Positions 41,663-54,874 of a stretch of 64,000 bases of DNA are shown in pieces. Origin of the DNA: Paragordius varius. Lineage: Eukaryota > Animalia > Nematomorpha. The notes beneath the pieces were generated by a model. It was not told the DNA's origin, searched no databases, and saw only the letters and a list, made by a program, of their open reading frames with translations. The DNA is taken from positions 2,418,001-2,482,000 of the forward strand of contig OZ176057.1 of the NCBI GenBank assembly GCA_964247055.1, read 5' to 3'. The position numbers were made by a program, and so were the translations under genes. How positions within the stretch are numbered: the stretch's first letter is position 1; each line of letters begins with the position of its first letter.

Positions 41663-42475
41663 CCATTTACAGTTTAGACTTTAGATTAACCCTTGTACAA
41701 TTCAAATTCACCTTCAAACAATACTAATTCACCCTAAAAAACCATTGTGTTTTCGAACTTATATAACTCATTATTAATCTATATATTTATAAAAATGGAA
41801 AATGCTGGCTTTGTGATCTGTTTCTGAAATCGGTAAACCCATTCAAATCCAAATATCGAAAAAATATAATCCTTAAAGAATGCCCCGACAATAGCTTCAC
41901 CCTTTTTTGAATTAGGCCCCCAGCTCAGTTCCACACCGTGTAAAAACCGGTTTTTTTTATTTGAGACAATTTTCCGGAAAACGGTTGGACCATTCAATTT
42001 CAAATATGATTTTTGTTTACTTATTTTCGATTGCGCCGAACATTGTCGGCTCACTTTTTTAATTTAAGCCTTCTTTCCCTCCCCCCATAAAATGCCTTTG
42101 TTTAAAAAAACAAAGTCCACAAAAATAATTTTTTGTATCTATTTTTCGCCCAAGTAAACAATATATTAGTATAAATGCACCGTTTTGAAATTTCTATGAG
42201 ATCATAGTTATTAAATAATGTTTCGAAATAATCCACATATGTGGATCATTTTATTGTCCCTTTTTCAAATAGTACCCCCACCCCCAGAAGTCCGAATGAC
42301 TTACTCGGGCTGCGTAGCACGAGATTTACGCTAGTATGAAATATTTTTATGGCATAGTTTTTTATTATCTTTTCAGTATTATTTTAATTTTTTAACAAAA
42401 TTTTATCTTTTAAAAATCATAAGTAATTTTTAATTTTAAAAAACACATAATTTATTTGAGGGTGATTATTGTAAA
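41663..42475. mobile_element. MITE family A copy split by a Helitron
   Basis: Family A consensus ..ATAACTCATTATTAA|TATGAAATAT.. is interrupted exactly at the A|T. Confidence 0.85.
41778..42334 (+). mobile_element. Non-autonomous Helitron, full length (557 bp)
   Basis: 5' TCTATATATTTATAAAAATG; 3' GC-rich hairpin followed by ATTTACGCTAG; inserted at A|T with no TSD. Confidence 0.92.
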
Positions 42476-43866
42476 ATAAATGTTATATATAGATATATAT
42501 ATACCAGGGTTTCAAGCGATTCCGCTGGCTTTTGCACAGTTAAAATAGGTAAAATTAATATTAGTAAATCATTATTATAGTTGTCATATTTTTCGAAACT
42601 TAGGATAATCTTGAACCAGGCTGCAGAAGCAAAAATTCTTTGTATCTGGTATTTATTATCGATCAAAAACTAGAAAAAAAGTTTACATATTTATAAATTT
42701 AATAATTAAACAAAAATTTAATATTAGAAAAGAATATTAACTGTTATAAAAGAGAATTTTATTCTCTATCCATTTAAATATATGAAAACAGGATAAATTG
42801 AAATAATACGGACAAAACATAAGAAAAACAAGACAATTCTTTTTAAAAGACAACCATACTTTTCCCTAATTTTTCCTTTTAGGAAATCATAATTACAATC
42901 GTCGTGAAATAAACACATATTTGATTGTATTAATAAATTTACATGTCTATTGCACACTCTGCACAATGAATTATTTTAAAATACCAAAGTATAAAAAGTG
43001 TGGGTTTGTCTTTTGAAAAAATTATCTTTATACGTTTTCGTATAATTTCAATTTTATTGTAATTTACCCATATAATGGTTTATTATAAAAATTGATTTTT
43101 TAAATAGTGCTCTATAGAAATTATTGAGGTTCGACCCATTTATATAGGATATCATGATATATATTTCATCGGAATAATTGCGTACAAGGGTATTATAAAA
43201 CATTTAAGAATAGTTTTCACATTTAGAAATATTATTATAATTTCATTTTTTGCTCTCGCTTCAATTAAACCGAAATTCAAAAATGTCCAATATATGAGGT
43301 GGTTCTAGAGTTGATTTTTTTGACATACATATAAATAGTGATGATATAATTTAACAAAATAATCAATTTATTTTACTTTCTTTTTTATTAAAATAACATT
43401 TGTATAAATTAAAATATTTAAGATTAACTCATAATGTTTTTTGCTTATTATTATATATTGAAGCATGTAACTCTGGTGCACATATTTTAAGATGGCTTTC
43501 ACAGAGGCAGCCCTTCAATATAGTATGTGCGGTGAGCGATTAACTTGGAATTCTAGTATAACTCATAAACTCTTAGTAAAATTGATAATTTACATTAAGT
43601 TTACAAAGAATTAGTGTTATAATAGGTGTGCATTTTACAGTTTTATGTTTAAAAGCTAATAAAGTATTTAGGCATGCTCATATATATGAATAGGCATTAT
43701 TTTTTTGATAATTATTATCTTAAATGCAAAAGGATTTAAAGTAATTTATCAATATAATTCAGAAATGGAAAACAATTGTAAATATATTTTGCCAATATTT
43801 TTTGACATTTAATCCAACTAGTTTCTAGGATATAAAACATTTAATTAAATAAAATCAAGAGATATG

Positions 43867-44894
43867 GGGTAGGGTGATAAAAAATATTTTTTGACTTGAC
43901 TTGAAATTTTCAAGTCATGGCTTGCTTTCATGTGATAAAAAAAATTTAACATTAGGGCACTTAAGTCAAGCGAGAAAACTTGATAAGGAGGTGATAAAAA
44001 ATCATATGTTCAAGTAAAACTTAAAGATTTTGCAAGTGTGGTGTGGGGCACACTTGACAGATTTAAAAATATGGATAAAATTATTTTGGGAATTATTTAT
44101 GTGCAAAATTTAGGTTTTATATGTAATTCAAACCTTTATTAATTCTATAAATTGTTAATTTGATAAATTTTGGCTAATTAATCTATTCATTGGGTGGATA
44201 CAAAAGAGGATAAACTTATAGAAAAACTCTGCTAATATTAAATAACATGGCACATAAAAATATGCTAAATATATCGATTCTGTGACCGCAAAAAAAATTG
44301 GATTCTCGAAAATTTCTTAAATTAATAATTAAATATTTATTTTGTGATTTCAATTCATTTATTAAAAGCAAAACTTCACTTTTATACAATATAAAGAATT
44401 TCTTTCATCATAAATTTATTTCGTATGTAATGTTTATAATCAATTAAAAATAATTATGTTATATTGTATAAACATCTTCCCATTATATTTGCAAATGGAC
44501 TCCAACAAAATGTAGTGTGATAAAGAAATGGAAAGTGTTTTAAGGGCGAATGGTTTCATTAATCTAAAAATTATTACCATGCTCCATATTTAAAAAAATT
44601 CTATAATATTAAATAAGATACTTGCCAATGTTTTATGAAAAAGGTCATTAAATGCATATTGTATTAATTTATCTTTTCATGCCTTATTTCATAAATTTTG
44701 GCTGAAAATGATCAAAATAATTTCTGTAAAATTCGAATTGGGTGGCAAAAAAATGTTACATTCATAAGCTAAAGACTTGACTTAAGTGTTTTTTATCACC
44801 GATCTTCAAGTGTACACATGCTGGCTTAGGTAAACTTGCTCAACTTGCCACGCTTGACTTACAAGTCAAGTGCGACTTTTTATTCACCCCACCC
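43867..44894 (+). mobile_element. Unclassified DNA transposon family C, copy 2
   Basis: GGGTAGGGTGATAAAAAA...TTCACCCCACCC; collinear with 18918-19861; right end abuts the interior of a truncated Helitron. Confidence 0.85.
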
Positions 44895-45270
44895 AATTTT
44901 CCGGAGAACGTGTTGGACGATTCAATTTCAAATATGATTTTTGTTTAGTTATTTCCGTTGCGCCGAACATAGTCGTCTCGCTTTTTTAATTTAGACCTTT
45001 TTACCCGTTCCCCCCGTAATATGCCATTTTTTAAAAAAACAAAGTCCATAAAAATAATTTTTTGAATCTATTTTTCGCCCAAGTAAACAATATATTAGTC
45101 TGAATGCACCGTTTTGAAATTCCTATGAAATCGTAGCTATTAAATAATGTTTCGAAATAACACATATGTGGATCATTTTATTGTCCCTTTTTTTCAAATA
45201 GCCGCCCTTCCTCCCCCCAGAAGTCCGAAGGATTTCCTCGGGCTGCGTAGCAGCACGAGATTTACGCTAA
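44895..45270 (+). mobile_element. 5'-truncated Helitron
   Basis: 3' two-thirds of the 41778-42334 element, with hairpin and CTAA|T end. Confidence 0.85.
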
Positions 45271-45678
45271 TATGTTATAATTAAATAGCTTTTTTAACAA
45301 ATGTGGATATTAAACCATAAAAAAATTTATTTGTGAACCAAGGAACCATTGACGGTTTTGGTTTTGATCCCTAGCTGGCTAAAAAAATAAGTACAATAAA
45401 GATGGTGGTTTTAATCAAGAAAATATAAGTAACAGTTATATTCATAAGATTATTATGCTTTAAGAAATCATACCAACATCTATTTGAAAAAATGATATAA
45501 TGAATGATTGAACAATTGATAATAAAATAAAACGGGAAAATATCATATATTTTCTATATACCTGGAAGGATTTTGGATCTTAACATATATTTTATATAAC
45601 TATACACATAAATTTTTCCCATCATTATGTTTAATTTTTATTTAGTTTTTTTTCCTCCTAAGATTAATTAGTTAAAAT

Positions 45679-48600
45679 ATGCGCATTTGTTTACAAAAAT
45701 TTCTTTTTTGTTTCCCGCTTAGAGTTGGAGCGATTCTGACGGCATACGTCACCCTGGTAATTTATAACAATTATAAAATATTTTTTTTAAAAATACAGTT
45801 TAAGTAATTTTACATTGCTGGTTTTTCATTGAATAATGCTGCCAGATGGCACAAACAGCAAAGAAGCTTTAATATTGGCGAAAAAACTACAGCCAATAAT
45901 ACCCTTTGTTCTGAGCTATCTGGAAAAAATCACTAAAAAAACAAGCAATGTATATTAAACTTTTACTGTAACACATGGAAAGTAAACTAATATGCATACT
46001 TTTTTCAATATTCAAGCGAATTTGTCAACAAATTAATTTTTTAAATGTTTAACATTTAAATACAACACATTCATTTTCGTCCTTTGATTCAAATTGGGAT
46101 AGTTAAATACCCCAGGCCTGTTTAAAATTAAATTCTTCAAAAAATATGGAGGAATCGAAACTATGGCAAAATTTTGCACTTATATAACATTAATAAACCG
46201 AAATATATAAAAATATTTATTCAAAAATACAAGATATTACTTATTTTAAGCTAAAATTGAAAGGTAAAAATTTGGTCTTTGTAACATGTGAGCACTAGTA
46301 AAATTGAAGAATAATACAAAATAAACCGCTTTTTCTATTTCTATCAATGTTAGATGTAATTTAAATAAAAAATTAGCTTTATTTTTACCCTTAAAATTAA
46401 ATGAGAACGATATTTTGCAAAAATTTGTAAAATAAAAATGGCGTAGAAGCAGTTTGACATGGAACTTTTTAAAAAAAAATTTTATTTAGATATTTTGGCA
46501 TATTTATATAATTTTTATTAGGATAGAAGCATAATTTAATTGGGACCGTTTCCTTCAGTAGTTTTTTAAAAACCTTAAATCAAATCTAGTCTGGGTTATT
46601 TAGATACCCCAATTTGAATCGAAGTGTTAATATGAATTTTTTTATTGCAGTAACGAGAGCTATTATTATAGGCATTTCCGTTATTATAAATGGGTAAAAG
46701 GGGTTTAAAATTGCATATGTATTGCATGCATGAGATTTTTTATTTCATTCTTTATAAATTTTAATAAACACTTTCCAAAATTTTTTAATAATATACCTAA
46801 TGAAAGCGAAAAATATCATATATGGCAACAATCTAAATCAGTGATACTCAAACCGCGGCCCGCGGGCCGCATGCGGCCCTAAGAGTGCCTTAAAATTGCC
46901 CTATGACCATATTGATACTTAAATTATTTTTTTAACAAAAATTTTTTTCAATTATTTTAATATTGATTTATTTTCTTTAGATTTAATTTTGGTAGTCTTT
47001 ATTTTTTACCCAATTCGAAATGTAAATTTTTTTTCCATGATTTCAAAATTTTGGCACACGTTGATTCTGTATTCTATTTTCTTTTCTTTGAAATTTTTAT
47101 TGCATTCCTTTTTTGTATTTTAACAAGCCTTTCTCAACTTGCATATACATATTCATTTCATTGCTATCCTGCATCATTTTTTATAACTCATTCCCATTAA
47201 TTATTTTTCAAATCAACATCATTAAATTTCGATCTGTTTTTTTAATAATTCAAATTATATTCCAATTTTTTTGAAAAAGATTTACATAACATTTAAACAT
47301 AAATTCAAAGGATGACATCTAATGCTAAAAAACGTAATTTATCCGATGAATATCGCTCCTTAAAAAAAAGAATGGGAAGAAAAATTCTTTGTCGTTTTAG
47401 TAAAAATGTTGGTATCTGCCTTATATGTAAGAGCAACTTAAAAAATACAATATTGAAAAACATACAATTGAAATATACAAAGGATTTATTCCTCTGTTGA
47501 AAAACATATAATTTACAAAATATTTTATCCTTTCAATGCTATTCATAAAACTTGATTTCACATGTAAAAGATATATCCTTCAATTCAGTAATTAAAACAG
47601 TTGTTGATATACTTAACCACATCCGTAGCAGAGAATTCAACTGCCGTAAATTCAAAAACCTTCTGAAAGATATCCACAGTGAGTTTGATTATATTACATT
47701 GTACACCGCTGTGAGATGGCTAAGCCTTAGCAAAGTATTAAATAGATATTTTGTTTTAAGATATCTATTATTCATAAAAGATAACAGAAAGTTTGACGAG
47801 GAAATTAATAGTGACATATGGTGGGTTTTATTATCCTACCTTTGCGACATTACTCATAAACTTTTTTAATACGTCGTCAAATTAAAAAATTAATAATATA
47901 AACTAGATTTTATAAAATAAAACACTCCAATATTTTCCTGAAGAAAATATGGAATTTACCGCGGAGATTAATTTAATAATAAATCACATAACATTTTTAT
48001 CCAATGTTATAATCAGATTTCAAAAATTAAAATATATAAAAATTGCTTAAAACTCGCTGAAAATCCATGGCATATGAATATATTCAATATTAAACAACTT
48101 GAGCATTTCGGTTTTGATCAGGCGCATATCATTGAAGACTTCGTAGGTTATAAAAATTCCAATTTGGATATTTAAAGAGAAGCGTAGAGAAGAAAGATAT
48201 GTAGAGTTTCGGTGAGATGTCCCAAATAAATATGAAAAAAATTTTCTCAAATTATCCTAACTCTTTTTGCCTCAACTTATACGTGCGAGACGTTATATTC
48301 AAAAATAAAATATGTCAAGAATACATACAGAAACTGCTTAACCGATGATCATATGGACGACGTATAAAGATTGGCTCATGAGGGTAAACCAAATTTGTCA
48401 AAAAATATTGGTTAATATCGAAATAAAAATTGTATCAAAATATTTTATTTTTTTAAACTAAATGGTAAACCAGTTTCTAGCTGGATTTACATGCGATCCG
48501 CAAAAAATTCATTGTGCTGATTTAGAGTATAAATATATGCATATGTGTTAAATAATATTTGCCATTATAAGGTTCATGGCCCTAGAAAAAAATATATATT

Positions 48601-50841
48601 TTATTTGGCCCGTCAAATTTTTTTGGTGAGTACCACTGATCTAAATTATCCCTCCTAACCAATTACAATACCAAAATGACCAATAATAGCGCTCTTTACT
48701 GTATTACAGTCATGTATCCTTTATTTTATTTTTTTTCGTTATACGGGTATAAATATTTGTTAAAGAATGAAAAAACAAGAGCTCTATATGGTATTAAAAA
48801 TATCATATTCATATAAAAAGTATATAAATTACCATACGGCTCTTGTTTTTTCCATTCTTTACCAAATATTTATACATGCCCATTTAACGAAAAAAAATAA
48901 ATAAATTTTTGATATATAATAAAGAAAGGATACATGAATGTATTAAAAAACTTTTCATTTTGCATTTAGATTTATTTTGTGATAGATGTGTTTACACGCA
49001 TATTTATGCTTGTTTGGTATAATCGGCTTCGTAACAATTATCCCACTTTATGGACGCGGAAAGAGGGAAAAAGTATAATTTAATTCAGGTGTTATCAATC
49101 CAAATGGCTTTGCGGGTCGCATTCGAAATATATATAGGCATTCATAGATAATTTATTAAATTTTAAACATTAAACATCAAAAAAAGCTGACAACAATTTT
49201 TTTCGTTCTTGCTATTTGAATAGACTTATCGAAATTCTAGATAAATCAATTTTACCAGATTTTATAAACATGTTTTTCAAATTACGGTTTCCAAATTTAT
49301 AACGGGCCGCTTGTTAGTCACCCTAGATTTAATCTTTTGTTTGAAAAAAAATTAAATTTTCATAATTTGTATTGATGTTTTTTTGTTCAAGTGTTTAACA
49401 TAGCATGGTCAATAAACTTGTTTTATTCAATCATTATGGTCGCAACTTCAATAGCACTTCTCAATGGAATTTATTCAGTAAGTTATATTTATTTTTATAT
49501 ATTTACAAATACTTGCCAGTTTCAATCTTGTTTAAATATTGGGTTTTGTGAAAGATCTAATATTATATTTGGTGTCATCTTAAAAAAAATTAAGAGTATA
49601 TATTGCAATAAAAGCGAGTTGTCGTCTTAAATATTTTTTCATAAGGCAATTTTATATTTAATATACAGAGAGTCAATGTTGGTAACAAAGAATATTAAAT
49701 TGGTGCATATAAAATTATTCTAATATTTGCTAAGAGCAGAAAAATTATAAATTCCATATACCATTTTTTTCCACATCCATAAAGAGAAATTTAAATAAAC
49801 TTTTTACTTTCGACATTGTCACTTAATAAATTTAGATTATTTAATTAATCTAAAATTCAATTTTTTGGTTACTTTTATTATACAGAATAGACGCCACTTA
49901 TTTATGCCATGGATGGTTACATTACCCAAAGCAATAACCATCATGATAATATCTGGGCTTATAAATCTAATTTATTCGGTATAATATTTTGCATTTACCT
50001 ATTATCATATAAAATTATTTGTTCAAGTCATCATTACGAAAAAAAATGTTTTGAAATTTTTAGAGAGATTCCGTTGGCATTTTAGGCAATGGTATATCTA
50101 GCATCCTTATGGCGCTAATTCTGGTAAACTTTTTTAAACATATTACATTTATTCAAAAAAGTATATCAAACCTCTCATAAAAATACTTTAATCGCATAAG
50201 ACGCATAGTAATCAATAATGTGATTGATAAAACTACTTACTACCACCTATTATTATACTCTTGGGAAAAAATTACAATTATTTTAACATAGTGATATAGA
50301 CATATTTTTGTTCACATATTCAATTACCTGATGTATTCCTAAAATTTATTAAAGAAAAATACATTTTGGGTTAGTAGAAGTTATTCTAAACTCTAAAGCA
50401 GGGGCAGCCAACACGCGGTTTGTGAAAATTTGGAAATCCATAATTTCAAACATATGCTCACAAAATCGATATTGCTCACAAAATTTTTTTATATATAAGT
50501 CTATCCAATAATTGGCAAGAACTACAAAAATTTACTATATTACGTTTGCATTTTACAATCCTATGTTGGGAATCTAATATAATAATTATTACTACCCATA
50601 TGTATTAGACAAATGCGGCTCTCGAAGCCATTTGTATTAAAAGCTGTGGAAATCGACCACCAAAAAGCAACGATGAAGTGTTAAAAATATATTTCTATAA
50701 TTATATTTAGATATTCATTGTAATTTTAAATGCTTTATTTCATCTATGTAATAGATTTATGGATTAGCCATAATGATAAGTTATTACATTAAACAGAAGG
50801 AAGCGAAATCAATGTATACAGTAACTCCACCTCAATCATAA
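45679..50841 (+). CDS. Four-transmembrane membrane protein, LAPTM4/DUF4728-like, paralog B (168 aa)
   Basis: Exons 45679-45756, 48970-49072, 49392-49477, 49886-49978, 50064-50123, 50755-50841, all GT-AG and in phase with no stops; same exon lengths as paralog A except one extra codon in the last exon; about 9 amino-acid differences. Confidence 0.82.
46053..46626 (-). mobile_element. piggyBac-like MITE family F in intron 1 of paralog B
   Basis: TTAA on both sides; the equivalent site in paralog A has a single TTAA. Confidence 0.88.
46839..48638 (+). mobile_element. hAT (Buster/SPIN/Charlie-type) transposon copy 2, internally deleted, decayed transposase
   Basis: Perfect 8-bp TSD ATCTAAAT (46831-46838, 48639-48646); CAGTG..CACTG termini; fragments VIKTVVDILNHIRSREFNCRKF..LYTAVRWLSLSKVLNRYF and LFASTYTCETLYSKIKYVKN..LTDDH. 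Confidence 0.92.
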
Positions 50842-53006
50842 ATAATTTTTTTAGAGCAATGTAATATGTGATATAAAATATTTTATCTATATGAAAAAAA
50901 ATAAATTTGATATTATATGGACATCTAATTTAGAAAGTTATTAAATAAGAGCAAATATAAGTTAGGGCTCGGTTTTTGATTGTGGAAAATAATTAATACC
51001 AAATTTTGATTTTATGTCTTTAAAATATTTACATTTTTGAGGTATCTGAATAATGGAGCATTTGCGCCAAATTTATTATTTTATATCAAAGTCTTTAGAG
51101 TCTTGCTGAAAGCTGGTATAATCGAAGCAATAGATATTAAACAAACCAAACTTTAAAGTAGATTTTATTATTTAATAAAAATGTAATATTGTATTGAAAT
51201 TAGCACATCTTCGATTTAAAATAACATTTACCCGTATATTTTGTGTCATCTCCCTCTTTTTGTATGAGAGTTTTTGTGTTTTGTATTAAATATTGAATCT
51301 TTAAACCAGGTTCCAACACGCGGCCCTCTAAAATATTTTTGCACCCCGGATATATTATATGCAAAATTTTAGAAAATCCAAGTTAAAATTGAATCTCTTA
51401 AACAAACTTTCTGAATAATTCTTTCCGAATTTCGGCAATGAACAAGCAAAAATTGTTAAAATAATACTAGTTTTTACAGTTTTATGTTCAAAATCTAATA
51501 AAATATTTTTAAATTCCGATATATCTTGCAAATGCCATTCGTCGAATTTGATCCATAAATGCGGCGCGCGAAACCATGTGTGTTGGACACTCTTGATTTA
51601 ACCATTCTTACACGGGCCAACTTAAATTAAATGTATTTTTACAGATATTACAAACAGTTTTTAAAGCAAAATTTTGGTAAATTTAATAAATATGTGTCTT
51701 CTCTTAAATACCTTTTAGTTACCAAAAAAATGGAATTAATATTTAATGCATATCTCCAAGACAATTAATTCCACTGTGAAACCATAAAATTATGCAAAAT
51801 CAATCTATGATTTGTTGAAAAACAATTAATGTTATAGCAACAATGCATGAGTTGGAACCTAAACCAACATTATAGTACGATTAAAATTAAACCTTACATC
51901 CATAATATTAAAAAAATTTCTACATACTCTTATATTTTCATACAATTTACAATAAAAAATCAAAATTACTTAATTTTAAATTTACAGAAGGATGTTTAGC
52001 TTTGAAGCAATTTTTCAGGGATCATTTAAAGTAAGTACTTTTATACAGGGCGTGTTCCACTTTACGCTATGATATTAATCTTGCTATTTTTCGTTAAGGC
52101 ATATGACAATAAAGATGTATCTTGAAATATCCCTTATAAGTCTATTTGAATCATAATCGTTTTTTTCGCTAAAACTAACACCAAAAATATTTAGTTTTTT
52201 TCGGAAATCCATCACATGAATTCAAAGGTTATAACTTTTTTTTAACTTAATTCTAAGTTAAACCCATTATAAATTTTTAAAGGTGTTTAGGTTTAATAGC
52301 ATAATTAATCGATTTGTGAAACGTGCGTAGGCCATAATCCTTCTATTTTCATAGAAAAATGGAAACAATAAAAATTAAATATGCACGGACAAAACGTAAA
52401 AAAATAAAGACAAATATTTTTTTAGGACAATAGATTTCTATAAATATAACATATTGTGTAAAACTCCAAAGTATGGTATAGAGATGTATATTGATATCAC
52501 AATCAATTACATAATTTTACGATTGTTTTTAAATGATTTTAATAAGTTAAATTAAGGTTGATAAAAAATTGTCTTTAAATCTTACGCATTGTCCGTATAT
52601 TTCAATTTTTACTGTAATTCTACATATGTTTTCATTTTATTGAAAATATCAAACTATTTCCAACATAAAAATTAATTTAAAATAGGCAATTAAATTGTTT
52701 CATTTAACCCTGAAAAATTAAAATAGATAAAATGTAAAAATATCGTACTATGGCTTAAAAATGAGGCCATATTTACCCTTATAGGTAATAAAATTTATAT
52801 GCTATGTAAAGTAAAATATTTGATAATTAAATTTTTTTATTGATCACATCGTATATATCCAAAACAAATTCCGATAGTTTCCAAATTATTTCACACATCA
52901 TTCCTAAATTTGAATATATCAGTTTCATCTCACTAGCTGCTAATTTCTGCCCTCTGATTAACTTATAAAGTAATCTTAAATTCAACTTTTATCTTGGAAA
53001 ATTACT

Positions 53007-53237
53007 TTGCAAATGCGTGTATTGCTTTGCATTGCAATAATTTTGCAAATTTGTATTTTCGCCATACATGGAACTGGACTCGACACAGAAAACGTTGAAA
53101 AAGTATGTCACAGGAATAAAGCCCATGGTGGCGGGTTGGGTAATTCTTTTCTGAGTCAAATGTTAACCGAAGACGATGATACTGAAAACAATGCATGTTG
53201 GATTTATAAAAAACCTAACCCAAGAATTCTGAAATAA
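53007..53237 (+). CDS. Candidate small secreted peptide (74-76 aa)
   Basis: MRVLLCIAIILQICIFAIHG looks like a signal peptide; ORF is visibly more GC-rich than its flanks; TATA-like TTATAAAG near 52963 and AATAAA near 53272. No recognised homolog. Confidence 0.4.
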   Translation: MQMRVLLCIAIILQICIFAIHGTGLDTENVEKVCHRNKAHGGGLGNSFLSQMLTEDDDTENNACWIYKKPNPRILK

Positions 53238-53690
53238 TCTATATGCTTAATTTTTTCTTTGAATCACAAAAAATAAATGAAAATACCGGTTTTTATTTAT
53301 GAATCATTGTAGATATATTCTCAAACTAATACATCTGCTAATAAACTGTGAGGTTTTTTTAGGTTTAAAAAAATAAATATAATATTTGATATGTTTTCAT
53401 TACGTAATCATTGTGGATGTTGGATTTAAAAAACCAGACCTAAGAATTCTGAAATAATTGATACGCTTGGTATATTTTTAACATAAAACGCATGAAATAT
53501 ACGTGGTTTACAATAAGTTTTAAAAAATAAAGAGAACATTTGATTTTTAAATAAGTGATCATTGTGGATATTTTGATTTAAAAAAACAAACCCATGAATT
53601 CCGAAATAATCAATGTGCTCTTTATTTTTAAAGTACGCATTGCAAGGTTCTTTTGAAAAACATAAATAAAATATTTGATACTTTTTTAAA
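53190..53690. repeat. Degenerate tandem repeat, three units of about 150-220 bp
   Basis: TGGATTT..AAAAA.C..ACC.A.GAATTC.GAAATAAT recurs near 53198, 53420 and 53572. Confidence 0.7.
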
Positions 53691-53968
53691 CAGGTATTAT
53701 GCTTTGAGAAATTGTCAATAAGGGTCATTTACAGAAAACTGTTAGACAATATTTCACTAACGAGCCCCGGTTTTTGTGGCTCAAGTGGTTAAAATTATTA
53801 TGGAATTTTAAACCCTTATTTTTTGGCTATAGTTTTATTTAAAAACATTTAGAATTTAAAAGTAATAAATACAATACCAGAAATTCCGAGCTGGCAACAT
53901 ATCATTGCTCATTCAAACCCTATATTTTAAGGGGTGATTTTAAACGCTATTAATATGGAATAGTTATC

Positions 53969-54017
<49 letters not shown>

Positions 54018-54874
54018 TTACAAAGTGGATATTTCGCGTGTTCAAATATACCATATAAATGTGGTGAATAAAAGATTATTATATTACCCTTCTAATAGAA
54101 TCATCCAGCTTTGGAATAAAACTAGAATTAAGTTATATATTTTTTATAAAAATCAATATCTATTATCCTCTTTTAATTTGTTAAATTTGGAAAAGATTAT
54201 AGCCATTTAAAAATAATATATCTCGTATATACAATAATTGTAAGTTTTTGTAAAATTTAATGCCAATATACTTTTTTAATCTGCTCGATAATGCAATTTA
54301 ACAAATTTCAATCAAATAGATAAAAATAATAAATAAAGTGTGATGTTAAAAGTAATAACAAGTATTACGATTAACATTAAGATTATACAGACAAAATGCA
54401 AAAACCAAATCAAAAATATTTTTAAAACAACATATATTTTTATCTCAATTATATTACCAAAAATGCTTTCCAACACAAATATAAAAAAACTTATGGAAAA
54501 AATATATGCTGATAGGAAAAAGTACCAAAATTATCATGGTTCTTATTTTGGTTCTTATGAGTGATTTAGGAAAGTTAGTGTAGAAAATGGGGAAATCCGA
54601 TGACATTTTGTTAAATAAAACTTTATTGATGAAAACCAAATGCTTCATTTAAATATTAAAATGTATATCTATCATAATATATTTATCCATTGGATTTTTC
54701 GGTTTGCGTTTTATATACTTGAAAATAGCAAAAAATATGCAAATTGGAAATTTCACAACTTTATCATATCAAAATAACATTTTGTCACGAGTATATATAT
54801 CATCGCCCAATCTCGGCACTTGAACTTGGTAATTGACACTTACAAATTCTACATACAATACTGAATTTTTTTAC

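Noticed and set aside
51988-52030. Degenerate PDK1 glycine loop (MFSFEAIFQGSFK)
   Set aside because: A canonical GEGSFST exon exists at 56007-56137.
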